Below are positions 43,356 to 53,616 of a stretch of DNA of 64,000 nt, in pieces. Under the pieces are notes generated by a model. It worked only from the letters and a program-made list of their open reading frames with translations. It did no database searches and was not told the origin of the DNA. Position numbers and translations under genes: made by a program. This DNA is from an uncultured bacterium (lineage in GTDB: Bacteria; Verrucomicrobiota; Verrucomicrobiia; Limisphaerales; UBA8199): assembly GCA_963749495.1 (NCBI GenBank), contig CAVVMW010000008.1, positions 1-64,000 on the forward strand. The letters are read 5' to 3'. The first letter of the stretch is position 1. Each line of letters opens with the position of its first letter.

Positions 43356-44615
43356 ATGAACCTGCCGCCGGCTTTGGGCGCGGTCCTGGTGGCGACGTTC
43401 GGCTGCACGGCCGCGGCCCTCACGGGCCGTCGGGCGCTCAAGGGCTTCGCCTTCCCCGCCTGGGTGTTCACGTTCGTGGCGGCGGCCATGGTCTGGCCCG
43501 TGGCCTTCGACACCTGGCTGGGCTGCGACCTCAGGAACCTGGTGGTGCCGCTGGTCCAGATCATCATGTTCGGGATGGGCACCAAGCTGAGCGCGGGGGA
43601 TTTCGCGCGGGTCTTTGTGATGCCCAAGCCGGTGTTGATCGGCCTGGCCCTGCATTACAGCGTGATGCCGCTGGCCGGCTACGCGCTGGCCCGGCTCTTC
43701 GGGTTCCCGCCCGAGGTTGCCGCGGGGGTCATTTTGGTCGGCTCGGTCTCGAGCGGGGCGGCCTCGAACGTGATCGCCTACCTGGCGGGCGGGAACGTGG
43801 CGCTGGCCGTCACCGTGACGGCCTGTTCGACGCTGGTGTCGCCGTTCATGACGCCGTTTCTGATGCAGACGCTGGCGGGGCGGATGGTGCCGATCGATGG
43901 GTTCAAGATGATGCTGGAGATTCTGAGCATGGTGATCGTGCCGGTGGCGGGCGGGTTGGCGGCCAACCGGGTGCTTTACGGGTCGAGCGCGTGGTGGGGC
44001 CGGGCGCGGCCGCTGGGCCTGCTGGCGGCGGGCGGGGCGCTTGCGGCGGCCGGGATTGCCCTGGTGCCCGGGGCTGCGCTGGGGAAGTGGGCCCCGCTCC
44101 AGAGCGGGGCGCTGGTGGGTTCGGCCCTGATCGGCGTGGTGGCCCTGGCCAAGCTGGTAGTGGGAGTGGTGGGACGCCGCCCCAACACCTGGATGGATCG
44201 GGCCTTGCCGCTGGTCTCGATGGCGGCCATCGTTTTCATCCTGGCCATCATCACCGCCCGGTCTCGCGAGAAGTTGCTGAGCGTCGGCGCGGCGCTTATC
44301 CTGGCCGCCATGCTGCACAATGCCATCGGCTACCTGATGGGCTATTGGCTTTCGCGCGCCGCGCGGTTGGACGAGATCACCTGCCGCACGATTGCGATCG
44401 AGGTCGGCATGCAAAATGGCGGCATGGCCACCGGCCTGGCCCTGGGCGTGTTGCAGAGCGCCGACGCCGCCCTGGCGCCGGCGGTCTTCGGCCCATGGAT
44501 GAACATCTCCGGCTCGATCCTGGCCAGTTGGTGGCGCTGGCGGCCGGTGTGCGCCCTGGCGCCCGCGCCGACTGGCGCGGCCCGCTGCGAGGCAGAGGTG
44601 GGGGCAAGGAAATGA
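43356..44615 (+). CDS. Bile acid:sodium symporter (BASS) family transporter
   Basis: MFGMG, ASNVIAYLAGGN and EVGMQNGG motifs. Confidence 0.9.
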   Translation: MNLPPALGAVLVATFGCTAAALTGRRALKGFAFPAWVFTFVAAAMVWPVAFDTWLGCDLRNLVVPLVQIIMFGMGTKLSAGDFARVFVMPKPVLIGLALHYSVMPLAGYALARLFGFPPEVAAGVILVGSVSSGAASNVIAYLAGGNVALAVTVTACSTLVSPFMTPFLMQTLAGRMVPIDGFKMMLEILSMVIVPVAGGLAANRVLYGSSAWWGRARPLGLLAAGGALAAAGIALVPGAALGKWAPLQSGALVGSALIGVVALAKLVVGVVGRRPNTWMDRALPLVSMAAIVFILAIITARSREKLLSVGAALILAAMLHNAIGYLMGYWLSRAARLDEITCRTIAIEVGMQNGGMATGLALGVLQSADAALAPAVFGPWMNISGSILASWWRWRPVCALAPAPTGAARCEAEVGARK

Positions 44616-44622
44616 AAGATCT

Positions 44623-46026
44623 ATGAAACGACGTGACCTGTTGAGATCCTTGGGATTGGGCGCCATGGCGGGCGCCATTGGCTGGCGCGGTCTGGGCCTG
44701 GTTTCGCAGGCCGAGGCGGAGGAGGTCCGTGCGCGCGTGAACACTCACTCGGAGCCCTCGCAGCTCAAGATTACGGACCTGCGGGTGGTGCCGATGTTCG
44801 GGGCGATGAGGAGCCACGTGCTGCGCCTGGAGACCAACCAGGGGCTGTGCGGTTACGGCGAGATCCGCGACGGCGCCTCCGCCACTTACGCCCTCATGCT
44901 CAAGGGCCGCGTGCTGGGGGAAAACCCGTGCCACGTGGACCGCATCTTCCGCAAGCTCAAGCAGTTTGGCGGGCATGGCCGCCAGGCGGGGGGCGTGGTG
45001 GGCATCGAGATGGCCTGCTGGGACCTGGCCGGCAAGGCCTGGGGCGTGCCCTGCTGGCAGATGCTGGGCGGCAAGTTCCGCGACCGGGTCCGCCTCTATG
45101 CGGACACGCCCAGCCGGCGCGATGCGCAGGAGATGGGCCGAACCTTGAAAGAGCGCCGCGAGCGCGGCTTCACCTTCCTCAAGATGGACGTCGGCATCGA
45201 CTTGCTCCGCAACGTCGAGGGCGCCCTCTCTTACCCGCACGGACAGGGCGTGGAGCCGTTTGTCCAGTCCCGCGCCCCCTTCGCCATGAACGTGCGCCAT
45301 CCCTTCACCGGCATTCGCATCACCGACAAGGGCCTGGCCAAACTCCAGGAGTATGTCCGCACCGCCCGCGACATCGCCGGCTGGGACATCCCTCTGGCCG
45401 CCGACCACTTCGGCCATATCGCCGTCGAGGACGCCATCAAGCTCGCCCAGGCCATGGACCCCTTCAACTTCGCCTGGCTCGAGGACATGATCCCCTGGGA
45501 TTACACCGACGACTATGTCCGCCTGAAAAACTCCTGCAAGACACCGCTGGCCACCGGCGAGGACATTTACCTCAAGGAAGGCTTCATGCCGCTCTTCGAG
45601 AAAAAGGCCATCGCGTTCTGCCATCCCGACCTGGCCACGGCCGGGGGACTGATGGAGACCAAGAAGATTGGCGACCTGGCGATGGAACATGGCATCGGCA
45701 TGGCGCTGCACATGGCCGGCTCGCCCGTGCTGCTCTTTGCCAGCGTGCATTGCGCCGCCGCCACCGAGAATTTCCTGGCCCTCGAGCATCATAATGCCGA
45801 TACCACCTTTTACGAGGACCTGATCGAGGGAGTGCCCAAGCCCCTGATGGGCCAGGACGGCTGTGTGCGGGTCCCGGACGGTCCGGGCCTGGGCATCACG
45901 CTCAATGAATCGGCCATCAAAGAGTGCCTCCGCCGCAACGGCAGAGACCCGGAGAAACTCTATTTCCCGCCCACCGATGAATGGAACCGGGAGCGGGCAC
46001 AGGACCGCACGTGGAGCATGAATTGA
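44623..46026 (+). CDS. Mandelate racemase/enolase-superfamily enzyme with Tat signal
   Basis: KRRDLL leader; WDLAGK, KMD, WLED and ATGE motifs. Confidence 0.9.
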   Translation: MKRRDLLRSLGLGAMAGAIGWRGLGLVSQAEAEEVRARVNTHSEPSQLKITDLRVVPMFGAMRSHVLRLETNQGLCGYGEIRDGASATYALMLKGRVLGENPCHVDRIFRKLKQFGGHGRQAGGVVGIEMACWDLAGKAWGVPCWQMLGGKFRDRVRLYADTPSRRDAQEMGRTLKERRERGFTFLKMDVGIDLLRNVEGALSYPHGQGVEPFVQSRAPFAMNVRHPFTGIRITDKGLAKLQEYVRTARDIAGWDIPLAADHFGHIAVEDAIKLAQAMDPFNFAWLEDMIPWDYTDDYVRLKNSCKTPLATGEDIYLKEGFMPLFEKKAIAFCHPDLATAGGLMETKKIGDLAMEHGIGMALHMAGSPVLLFASVHCAAATENFLALEHHNADTTFYEDLIEGVPKPLMGQDGCVRVPDGPGLGITLNESAIKECLRRNGRDPEKLYFPPTDEWNRERAQDRTWSMN

Positions 46027-46098
46027 CCGGGGGGCGGCGGCGCTGAGAAGGTGTGAATGACGAATGACGAATGACGAATGACCAAAATGTCTCTCACT

Positions 46099-47046
46099 AT
46101 GAAAAGCCTTCAACCCTTGCTCGTGTGTTCTTGTGCGCTGGCCCTGTGGCTCATCGGCCCCGCGTCCGCCAGCGCCCAGCCCGGCGTGTTCACCAAGGAC
46201 CATCTCATTGCCTACAGCCCCGAGTGGAAAGGCGAGCGGTTCCCCGACGGCCGCCCGAAAGTGCCCGACGAAATCCTCCAGCGGATGAAGCCGGTCTCGA
46301 TCGAGGAGGCCTGGGCCGTCCTCAAGCGCCACAACTACAACAACCAGTTCGAGGGCAACTGGGTCCTGGCAGGTCCGAAAGACCCCGTCCTGGTCGGCCG
46401 GGCGGTGACGGCCTGGTTCTATCCGGTCCGGCCCGACGTGAACGGGGTGATCAAGAAGAACGGCGACAAGGAGGGCCGTGTGGGAGGGCAAAACTCCTGG
46501 GTCATCGACACGCTCGTCAAGGGCGATGTGATCGTCGTGGACCTCATGGGCAAGGTGATCGACGGCACGTTCATGGGGGACAACCTGGGCAATGCTATCT
46601 GGGCCAGGAGCGGCGGCAACGGCCTGGTCATCAACGGCGGGGCCCGCGACATCCAGGGCTGCGAGGAAATCCCAGATTTCCCCATCTTCAACCGCGGCTG
46701 GGACCCGTCCGCCATCGCCGACGTGATGCTCATGGGCATCAACGGCCCGGTCCGCATCGGGCGCGCCTCGGTGATGCCGGGCGACGTGGTGCTCGGCAAG
46801 AAGGAGGGCGTCATCTTCATCCCGGCGCACCTGGCGCAGGAGGTTGTCGAAACCTCCGAAATCATACGCCTGCGCGATGAGTTCGGCCACCTCCGCCTCC
46901 GCCAGGGCAAATACACCCCAGGCCAGATCGACCGCAAATGGACCGACGACATCGAGAAGGATTTCAGCCAGTGGCTCAAGTCCAAGGGAGAACAGGAATT
47001 GACGCCCTACCAGCGCGAGAAACTGCTCCAGGGGCGAACGTGGTGA
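46099..47046 (+). CDS. RraA/HMG-aldolase family protein with Sec signal
   Basis: ASA cleavage site; GRAVT, MGDNLG, GARD and PGDVV motifs. Confidence 0.85.
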   Translation: MKSLQPLLVCSCALALWLIGPASASAQPGVFTKDHLIAYSPEWKGERFPDGRPKVPDEILQRMKPVSIEEAWAVLKRHNYNNQFEGNWVLAGPKDPVLVGRAVTAWFYPVRPDVNGVIKKNGDKEGRVGGQNSWVIDTLVKGDVIVVDLMGKVIDGTFMGDNLGNAIWARSGGNGLVINGGARDIQGCEEIPDFPIFNRGWDPSAIADVMLMGINGPVRIGRASVMPGDVVLGKKEGVIFIPAHLAQEVVETSEIIRLRDEFGHLRLRQGKYTPGQIDRKWTDDIEKDFSQWLKSKGEQELTPYQREKLLQGRTW

Positions 47047-47056
47047 GCGACCCATT

Positions 47057-47199
47057 GGCTATCGGCTATCGGCTATCCAGACTCCAACCCCTTCCCTCGC
47101 CCCTCGACACTCGACCCTGGCAAGCTGAAACGTGAAACGTGAAACGTGAAACGTGAACTCTGAACCCTGAACCGTGAAACCTCGACACTCGACACTCGT
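47057..47199. repeat. Mixed heptamer arrays
   Basis: CTATCGG, (TGAAACG)x4 plus variants and TCGACAC units; a similar (GAATGAC)x4 array near 46056-46083. Confidence 0.9.
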
Positions 47200-48537
47200 A
47201 TGAATAGACGTGACATGCTCAAAGGCGCCGGGCTGGGGACGGCCGCGGCGTTGTTCGGATTGCTCTCGAGGCAGGACCGGGCTTTGGCCCAGGCCGAGGC
47301 GCGGACCGGAAAGGGGTTGCCTCCGCTCAAGATTACCAAGGTCCGGCCCATCCTCACCGCGCCCCAGCCCAGGACCCGGTTTGTCGTGGTCAAGGTCGAG
47401 ACCAGCGAGCCGGGCCTCTACGGTCTGGGCTGCGCCACCTTCAACCAGCGCCCGCTGGCCGTGAAGACCGCCATCGAGGAGTACCTTGACCCGTTCTGCC
47501 ATGGCCGCGATGCCGACAACATCGAAGACCTGTGGCAGACGGCCTACACCAGTTCGTATTGGCGGAACGGGCCTGTGCTCAACAACGCCTTGAGCGGCGT
47601 GGACCAGGCGCTCTGGGACATCAAGGGCAAACGCGCCGGCATGCCGGTCTATCAGTTGCTGGGCGGCAAGTGCCGGTTCGCGGTCGCCTGTTACACTCAT
47701 TCCAGCGGCCGGAGCCTGTCCGCCCTCGAAGAGAGCGTGCGCCGGAACATGGAGCGGGGCTTCCGCCACATCCGCATCCAGCTCGGCGGCTACGGCTCGC
47801 CCCACCTCTCGACGGGCGCCGACTTCCAGCAGGAGGGCTTCGGCCTGCCCGTCGAGAGCGCCATGGATGCCCGCCCCTATCTCAAGGCCGTGCCCAAAAT
47901 GTTCGAGCACATCCGCAGCCAATGCGGCGACGACATCGAACTGCTCCACGACGTCCACGAACGGATCGAGCCCATCGATGCCATCAACCTGTGCAAGGAA
48001 CTGGAACGTTACCACCCGTTCTTCATCGAAGACCCGCTGGCCCCGGAGGCCAACGCCTATTTCCGCAACCTGCGCCAGCAGTGCTCCACACCGATCGCCA
48101 TGGGCGAACTCTTCAACAACCCGCATGAGTGGGTCGGCCTGATCTCCGAACGGCTCATCGATTTCATCCGCGTACACATCTCCCAGATTGGCGGACTGAC
48201 CCCCGCGCGCAAGCTCGCCGCCTTGGCCGAGTGGTTCCAGGTGCGCACCGCCTGGCACGGGCCCGCGAACGTCTCCCCTGTCGGCCACGCCGCCAACGCC
48301 CACCTTGACCTGGCCGTTCACAACTTCGGCATCCAGGAGTCCGTCCAGTTCAACGACCCCACCCTCGAGGTCTTCCCCGGCACACCGGCCCTCAAAAACG
48401 GCTACCTCTTTGTCAACGAGGCCCCTGGCCTTGGCGTGGACCTCAACGAAGCGTTGGCCAGGAAATTCCCTCTGCCCGAAAATCCAGGCTATTGGTTGCC
48501 GACCAGACGAAGGGACGGAACGGCGGTGCAACCGTAG
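47200..48537 (+). CDS. RspA/ManD-like sugar-acid dehydratase with Tat signal
   Basis: NRRDML leader; YWRNGP, LLHDVH, FIEDP, MGE and WHGP motifs. Confidence 0.9.
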   Translation: MNRRDMLKGAGLGTAAALFGLLSRQDRALAQAEARTGKGLPPLKITKVRPILTAPQPRTRFVVVKVETSEPGLYGLGCATFNQRPLAVKTAIEEYLDPFCHGRDADNIEDLWQTAYTSSYWRNGPVLNNALSGVDQALWDIKGKRAGMPVYQLLGGKCRFAVACYTHSSGRSLSALEESVRRNMERGFRHIRIQLGGYGSPHLSTGADFQQEGFGLPVESAMDARPYLKAVPKMFEHIRSQCGDDIELLHDVHERIEPIDAINLCKELERYHPFFIEDPLAPEANAYFRNLRQQCSTPIAMGELFNNPHEWVGLISERLIDFIRVHISQIGGLTPARKLAALAEWFQVRTAWHGPANVSPVGHAANAHLDLAVHNFGIQESVQFNDPTLEVFPGTPALKNGYLFVNEAPGLGVDLNEALARKFPLPENPGYWLPTRRRDGTAVQP

Positions 48538-48576
48538 CGCCCGAGCCCGCAGACTCCACTAACGGGCGAACATCAC

Positions 48577-51174
48577 TCATCGACTGCGGCGCCCTCCAGT
48601 GCTTCTTCCGGGTCTCCTGGCGTTTGCCCTGCTGCAAACTCCATGAGTCGCTGCAGCTCCGCTCGCCTCTCCGTCTTTTTGCCTGGCGGGCGGTTTTTTT
48701 TTTACGCCAAGCAGCGGCTCCAGGGCGGTCCTGGCCTTTGCCTTTGTGAAGGCCTGCCGGAGAGCATCGAAATAAAGCAGTGTCCAGTTGTCGTCTCTGA
48801 AATGCTCGCTGAAGAGCGGCGACTTCATCTTTCGCTCGAAATCCCTCTCTCGTTCCTCGGGTATGACCATCGTTTTAGGCACCGTCGCCGGCAGGTTCGA
48901 GCCGTGCTGGAGTCCGCTTGTCATGGTGGTGGTGGATTCCACCTCGAAAGCCCGGACCACCTGCGCGCCGTCAAGCCAAAGCAAGTCCATATCAAGCACA
49001 GGCCGGAGGTTTCTTACGCCAGACAACGCGGCGGGCTTCGAGGTGACCAAATCGCGGAGCCGCACCTCCTCGACGAGGCCGGCGGCCGACTCGCGCTGTT
49101 CACGCTGGCCGATCCAGACCGTGTGCCCACGCGCCGCCCCGATTTTCGCCAGCAGAGCGATGAGTTCGCTGTGGCGGGACAGATGAATCCGTATTTCCTC
49201 CTTAAGCATCCAGGCCCCGCCGCTGACCTTGCGGCCATACACCTCCAGCGCCTCGGTGATGCTCGTGCTGTCTGAGGTTAGCGAGTTCGGAAATTCACGC
49301 GCGACGGTATCCCAAATCTCAGTGAAGGTGACTCGCCCCTTCTCGTGCAGGCAGCGGAACACGGTCTCCTCGACGCGCTCGGTCAGCGGCACGGCCTGGA
49401 GGCGCGCCGCGAATGCGTCGTCCGCAAACCACCACAATTTCCCCGAGGCGCCGCCCCATCTGGCTTCAACTAATCTGAAGTCCTTGCCAATGCTCTCTTC
49501 CAGGATCCTTTTCACGTCCAGGCCGGTCTGCAGCGTGCCGAACAAGCCGCGCCTGGCGAGCACGGGATCCACCTGGTTCATCAGGATGGTATAGGGCGTG
49601 GGCTCGGCTCTGCTCGCAATGACTTCGCGGCAGGTCTCGATGACGATGCGCCGGAAACGCTCCTCGCTCACCTCCTCCATCTGCCGCGCCCGCCGGGCTG
49701 TCTTGGCGAAGCGGAGGTAGAAGTCGCCCTGAGCGCTGCCGAACGGCCGCAACATCGCCTTGGCAGAGACCTGTCCCAGGGGTTGATGGTGGATATGTTC
49801 GTAATCGAACCCCGAAAACACACCCGCCCGCACCGTCGCGTTGCGCACCATGAAGGTCGGATTGTGAAATGTCAGCGTCAGATAGTTTTCCGGCCGCAGC
49901 ACCCGATAGAAACCCTGAAAGCTGTTGTTGAGGAGAGCGTAATAGGTCGCGAACGGCTTCTTCTGGCGGTCGTTGCGGATTATCTCGTGGGTCACGAGCC
50001 TCTCCGTATACCGGAAATCCTCCTTCAGCCACGCATTCCACAGGTAAGATAGTTCGCCATACTGGATGGAAGCGTCGTAAGGCGGATCAGTGAAAATGTA
50101 ATCAACACAATCCTCCGGCATCTTTTTCATCAGGTCGACGCAGTCATCCGTGATGATTGCAACGTCGGCTTCCCCCGCCAGCACCTTGCGCCAATCATCA
50201 GTGAGCCTCACATCGGGCAGTGCTTTGTTGGACTCGTTTTTGGCATGGATGAGGCCCTGGTGGCCTGCTATCGCGCTCTCAAATTTCTCCCAGACGTTCG
50301 CCTCCAGGCAGCGCTTGGTCAACCAGTAACTGTGTTGGGTCCAAGTTGAGCTAAAGGCGGTCTGATGGTTGCCCCCGCCCCGTTCGAGAGCCGGGCACAC
50401 CCTGGTGCAGAGGTGGATCATCAACGTGAAGGCCCCGAGCAAAAACTTCCGCAATTGAGGGCTGCTCTCCTTCTCGATGGCCTCATAAAGCATAGCCGAA
50501 GCCCGGAGGTTACGCCTGGTGAAGAGGTGGTCCAAACAATCATACCGCTCTTTCTTCATGAAAGGCGTGCCATCGTCATAGTACAGTCAATTTCGTGGAT
50601 ACCATTCCGTGATGCGCCTGGCTTCCAGGGCGGCAACGGCATCCAGGTCCTTCTTCCTGGGTTTGCACCCGGTTTCGCAGCGGTGCTCGCAGTGGGGGCA
50701 TCCTTTGTAGCGGACCTCGACCAGTTCATCCCCTTGGCGGACGAAGCAGTCGGCAACCAGGGGTTGGTCGCAATTCAAGCAATGGACGGTGTAAAGTTCC
50801 GCAATGCGGTTTTGCGCCTCTTGGCGGACTCGCTCGAAGGAGTCCTGCAGCTTGAGCGTGTTCACTGGTCGCAAAGTCAATTCCGTAATTCGAGTGGCGG
50901 CCGGATTGAGGTCGCAAACGATGGCTCGCCGCTTGTGGCGCGCCGCCTCCACCGCCGTGACGCCGCTCCCGGCGAAGGGATCAAAAACGATCTGGTGCGG
51001 CTTGGTGTAGGCCTGGATGTGTTCGCTCACGACGTTCCAGGTTTTGCGGGACCAGTACTTGTGCCACACATACATGGCCGTGTGCGGCTCGGGTGGGATC
51101 TGCCGGTTGATGTGGTCGAATCTCGGCGGAGCAATCTTGCCGATCCGGGCGTGGGCTAATTCGCGGGCTTTCAT
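48577..51174 (-). pseudogene. Amino-MTase with Zn finger fused to a C-terminal PD-(D/E)xK-like domain; in-frame TGA at 50587-50589
   Basis: FDPFAGSG (motif I), CxxC...CxxC, TDPPY (motif IV) and DMDLLW...FEVE; both ORFs are in the same frame. Confidence 0.85.
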
Positions 51175-51449
51175 GAGGCGTCTCGGGCGACTTCTCTCAG
51201 CAATCTTTGGCAGATTTCAAATGCAGCGGCCAGACGGATAGCGCGGACCCCTTTGACGCCCCTCACCTGGGCGACCTCATTGAGCGGCCGATCCATCAAA
51301 CCCGCCAGCGTGCCGAACTTCTCCATGAGCGCATTGGCGCTGTCCAGCGCCGAGTAACCCCGGCCGCCGCTCCCCAGGAGAATCGCAACCAACTCGGCGT
51401 CGGAGCACTGTGCCGCGCCAAGTTCCAGAAGCGTTCGTCCCGGTTTCAC
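51171..51449 (-). CDS. Stand-alone RadC N-terminal (UPF0758 HhH) protein
   Basis: SDAELVAILLGSG...GVKGVRAIRLAAAFEI; no JAB domain; ATGA-coupled to the MTase. Confidence 0.85.
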   Translation of the reverse strand: MKPGRTLLELGAAQCSDAELVAILLGSGGRGYSALDSANALMEKFGTLAGLMDRPLNEVAQVRGVKGVRAIRLAAAFEICQRLLREVARDAS

Positions 51450-51455
51450 AAAAGA

Positions 51456-51484
51456 ATTAAAGGCCAAACCGGGCGCCAGGACAA
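51456..51484 (-). promoter_or_regulatory. Putative sigma70 promoter of the RadC-N/MTase unit
   Basis: TTGTCC-17bp-TTTAAT, 6 nt before the GTG; a similar sequence precedes copy 2 (TTGTGC-17-TTTAGT). Confidence 0.5.
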
Positions 51485-51590
51485 GCGGGAATCGGCAATT
51501 TCCCACTTCCACGCATCGCCCGCGCCCGCGCTATTTCCGCCTCATTTTAAATTGACAATTGCAAATTGAGAATTGCAAATCCTGAAAATT

Positions 51591-51731
51591 GTGAATCCGG
51601 AAGATTTGTCGGAGCGGCTGTGGCGGTTCGCGGCCAGGGTGGCAAAAGTAGTTGACGCCCTTCCGGAGACCCGTGTTGGCCGGCACGTAGCGGGTCAACT
51701 GGTCCGTTGCGGCACATCTGCCCCGGCGAAT
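51591..51731 (+). pseudogene. Four-helix-bundle (IVS-protein/Avd-like) gene, 3'-truncated
   Basis: EDLSERLWRFAARV...AGQLVRCGTSAPAN; preceded by an AAATTGC-like heptamer array at 51549-51583. Confidence 0.85.
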
Positions 51732-53497
51732 GCTTTGTCCGCAAACCACCAGAGCTTGCCGGTGGCGCCTCCCAGTTTCGCCTCCACCAGCTCGAATTCC
51801 TTTCCAACGCTTTCTTCGAGGACGGTTTTCACGTCCAACCCCGTCTGCAGCGTGCCGAACAGGCCGCGCTTGGCGAGGACTGGGTCCACCTGGTTGATCA
51901 GGATGGTGTAGGGAGTCGGCTCGGCGCGGCAGGCGATAACTTCACGACATGTCTCGATCACGATGCGCCTGAATCGCTCCTCGCTAATCTCCTCCATCCG
52001 GCGAGCGGGCCGGGCGGTCTTGACAAAGCGCAAATAGAAATCCCCCTGCGCGCTGCCGAAAGGCTGCAACATCGCTTTCGCCGACACCTGGCCCAGCGGT
52101 TGGTGGTGGATGTGCTCATAGTCAAAGCCGGAAAAGACGCCCGCCCTCACCGTCGCATTCCTGACCATGAACGTTGGGTTGTGGAAGGTCAGGGTCAGGC
52201 AGCCTTCCGGCCGCAGTACCCTGTAGAAGCCTTGAAAGCTGCTGTTGAGCAGCGCATAGTAAACCTCGAATGGCTTCTTCTGCCGCTCGTTGCGCACAAT
52301 TTCGTGCGTGACGATTCTCTCGGTGTAACGGAAATCCTGCTTGAGCCAGGCGTTCCAAAGGTAGGACAGCTCCCCATACTGAATCGAGGCGTCGTACGGC
52401 GGATCGGTGAAGATGTAATCCACGCTCTCTTCAGGCATCTTTTTCATCAACTCCACGCAGTCATCGGTAACGACCGCGATATCGGCCTCGCCTTCGATCA
52501 CCTTGCGCCAGTCGTCGGTCAGCTTGACCTTCCCCAACGCTTCGTTGGACTCATTCTTGGCGTTAATGATCCCCTGAGGCCCAATGAGCGCGCCCTCGAA
52601 TTTGTCCCAAACGTTTTGCTCCAGGAACCGGCCCGCGGACCAATAACTGTGCTGGGTCCAGCCTGGCGAGCTGAAATAGGTGTAATGGTTCGACTCGGCA
52701 GGCATTCCGACCGGCATCATCCGCGTGCAAAGGTGGATCATTGACGTAAACGCGCCGAGCAGGAATTTTCGCATCTGAGGGCTGGTCTCCCGCTCGATGG
52801 CCTCGTAGAGCATCGCTGCCGCACGAAGGTTGCGCTTGGTGAAGAGCTGTTCGAGGGAATCGTAACGTTGCTTTTCCTTAAAGGGCTCGCCATCCGGATA
52901 AAAGAGGCGGTTGCGCGGGTACCATTCCCTGATGCGCCGTCCCTCGAGTTCCGCGGTGGCTTCAACGTCTTCCCTGCGGGGCTTGCAGCCGGTTTCGCAA
53001 CGGTGCTCGCAGTGCGGGCAGGCCTTGTAGCGGACCTCGGCCAATTCATCCCCTTCGCGCACAAAACAGTCGGCTATCAGGGGCCGGCCGCAGTTCAGGC
53101 AGTGGGCGGTGTACAGCTCGGCGATCCGCTCCCTCGCGCGCTCCCGAACTCGCTCGAAGGCCTCGCGCAATTTCAAGGCGCTCACCTGCTGGAGCGTCAG
53201 CTCGATTATCTGAGTCGCGGCCGGATTGAGATCGCAGACAATCGCCCGCCGTTTATGGCGCGCCGCCTCGATGGCGACCACGCCGCTGCCGGCGAACGGA
53301 TCAAAGACGACTTGGTGCGGCTGTGTGTAGGCCCGGATGTGCTCGCCGACAACATTCCACGTCTTGCGCGACCAGTATTTATGCCACACGTACATGGCCG
53401 TGTGCGGCTCAGGCGGGATTTGACGATTGATGTGCTCGAACCTCGGGGGCGTAATACGGCCGATCCGGGCATGGGCGAGTTCGGGCGTCTTCATCAC
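51695..53497 (-). CDS. Second MTase paralogue; catalytic motifs intact, C-terminal nuclease-like region lost
   Basis: Colinear with 48577-51174 up to WWFAD.AFA, then runs into antisense four-helix-bundle DNA. Confidence 0.85.
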   Translation of the reverse strand: MMKTPELAHARIGRITPPRFEHINRQIPPEPHTAMYVWHKYWSRKTWNVVGEHIRAYTQPHQVVFDPFAGSGVVAIEAARHKRRAIVCDLNPAATQIIELTLQQVSALKLREAFERVRERARERIAELYTAHCLNCGRPLIADCFVREGDELAEVRYKACPHCEHRCETGCKPRREDVEATAELEGRRIREWYPRNRLFYPDGEPFKEKQRYDSLEQLFTKRNLRAAAMLYEAIERETSPQMRKFLLGAFTSMIHLCTRMMPVGMPAESNHYTYFSSPGWTQHSYWSAGRFLEQNVWDKFEGALIGPQGIINAKNESNEALGKVKLTDDWRKVIEGEADIAVVTDDCVELMKKMPEESVDYIFTDPPYDASIQYGELSYLWNAWLKQDFRYTERIVTHEIVRNERQKKPFEVYYALLNSSFQGFYRVLRPEGCLTLTFHNPTFMVRNATVRAGVFSGFDYEHIHHQPLGQVSAKAMLQPFGSAQGDFYLRFVKTARPARRMEEISEERFRRIVIETCREVIACRAEPTPYTILINQVDPVLAKRGLFGTLQTGLDVKTVLEESVGKEFELVEAKLGGATGKLWWFADKAFAGADVPQRTS

Positions 53498-53616
53498 GTT
53501 TCGCGGGCGACTTCTTTCAATAATCGAGCACTAAAGGTCAAACCGGGCGCCAGCACAAGCGGGATTCGACAATTTCCCAGGTCAACCCGTCGCTCGCGCC
53601 GATGTTGCTTTGGGGT

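Noticed and set aside
48694..48703. T10 tract near the MTase 3' end as a phase-variation switch
   Set aside because: It lies after the nuclease-like motif and affects only the tail; homopolymer length is unreliable in this assembly
50587..50589. In-frame TGA (also at 39037) as selenocysteine or a reassigned codon
   Set aside because: The paralogue has Arg at this position, consistent with CGA>TGA, and TGA terminates many normal genes in this window
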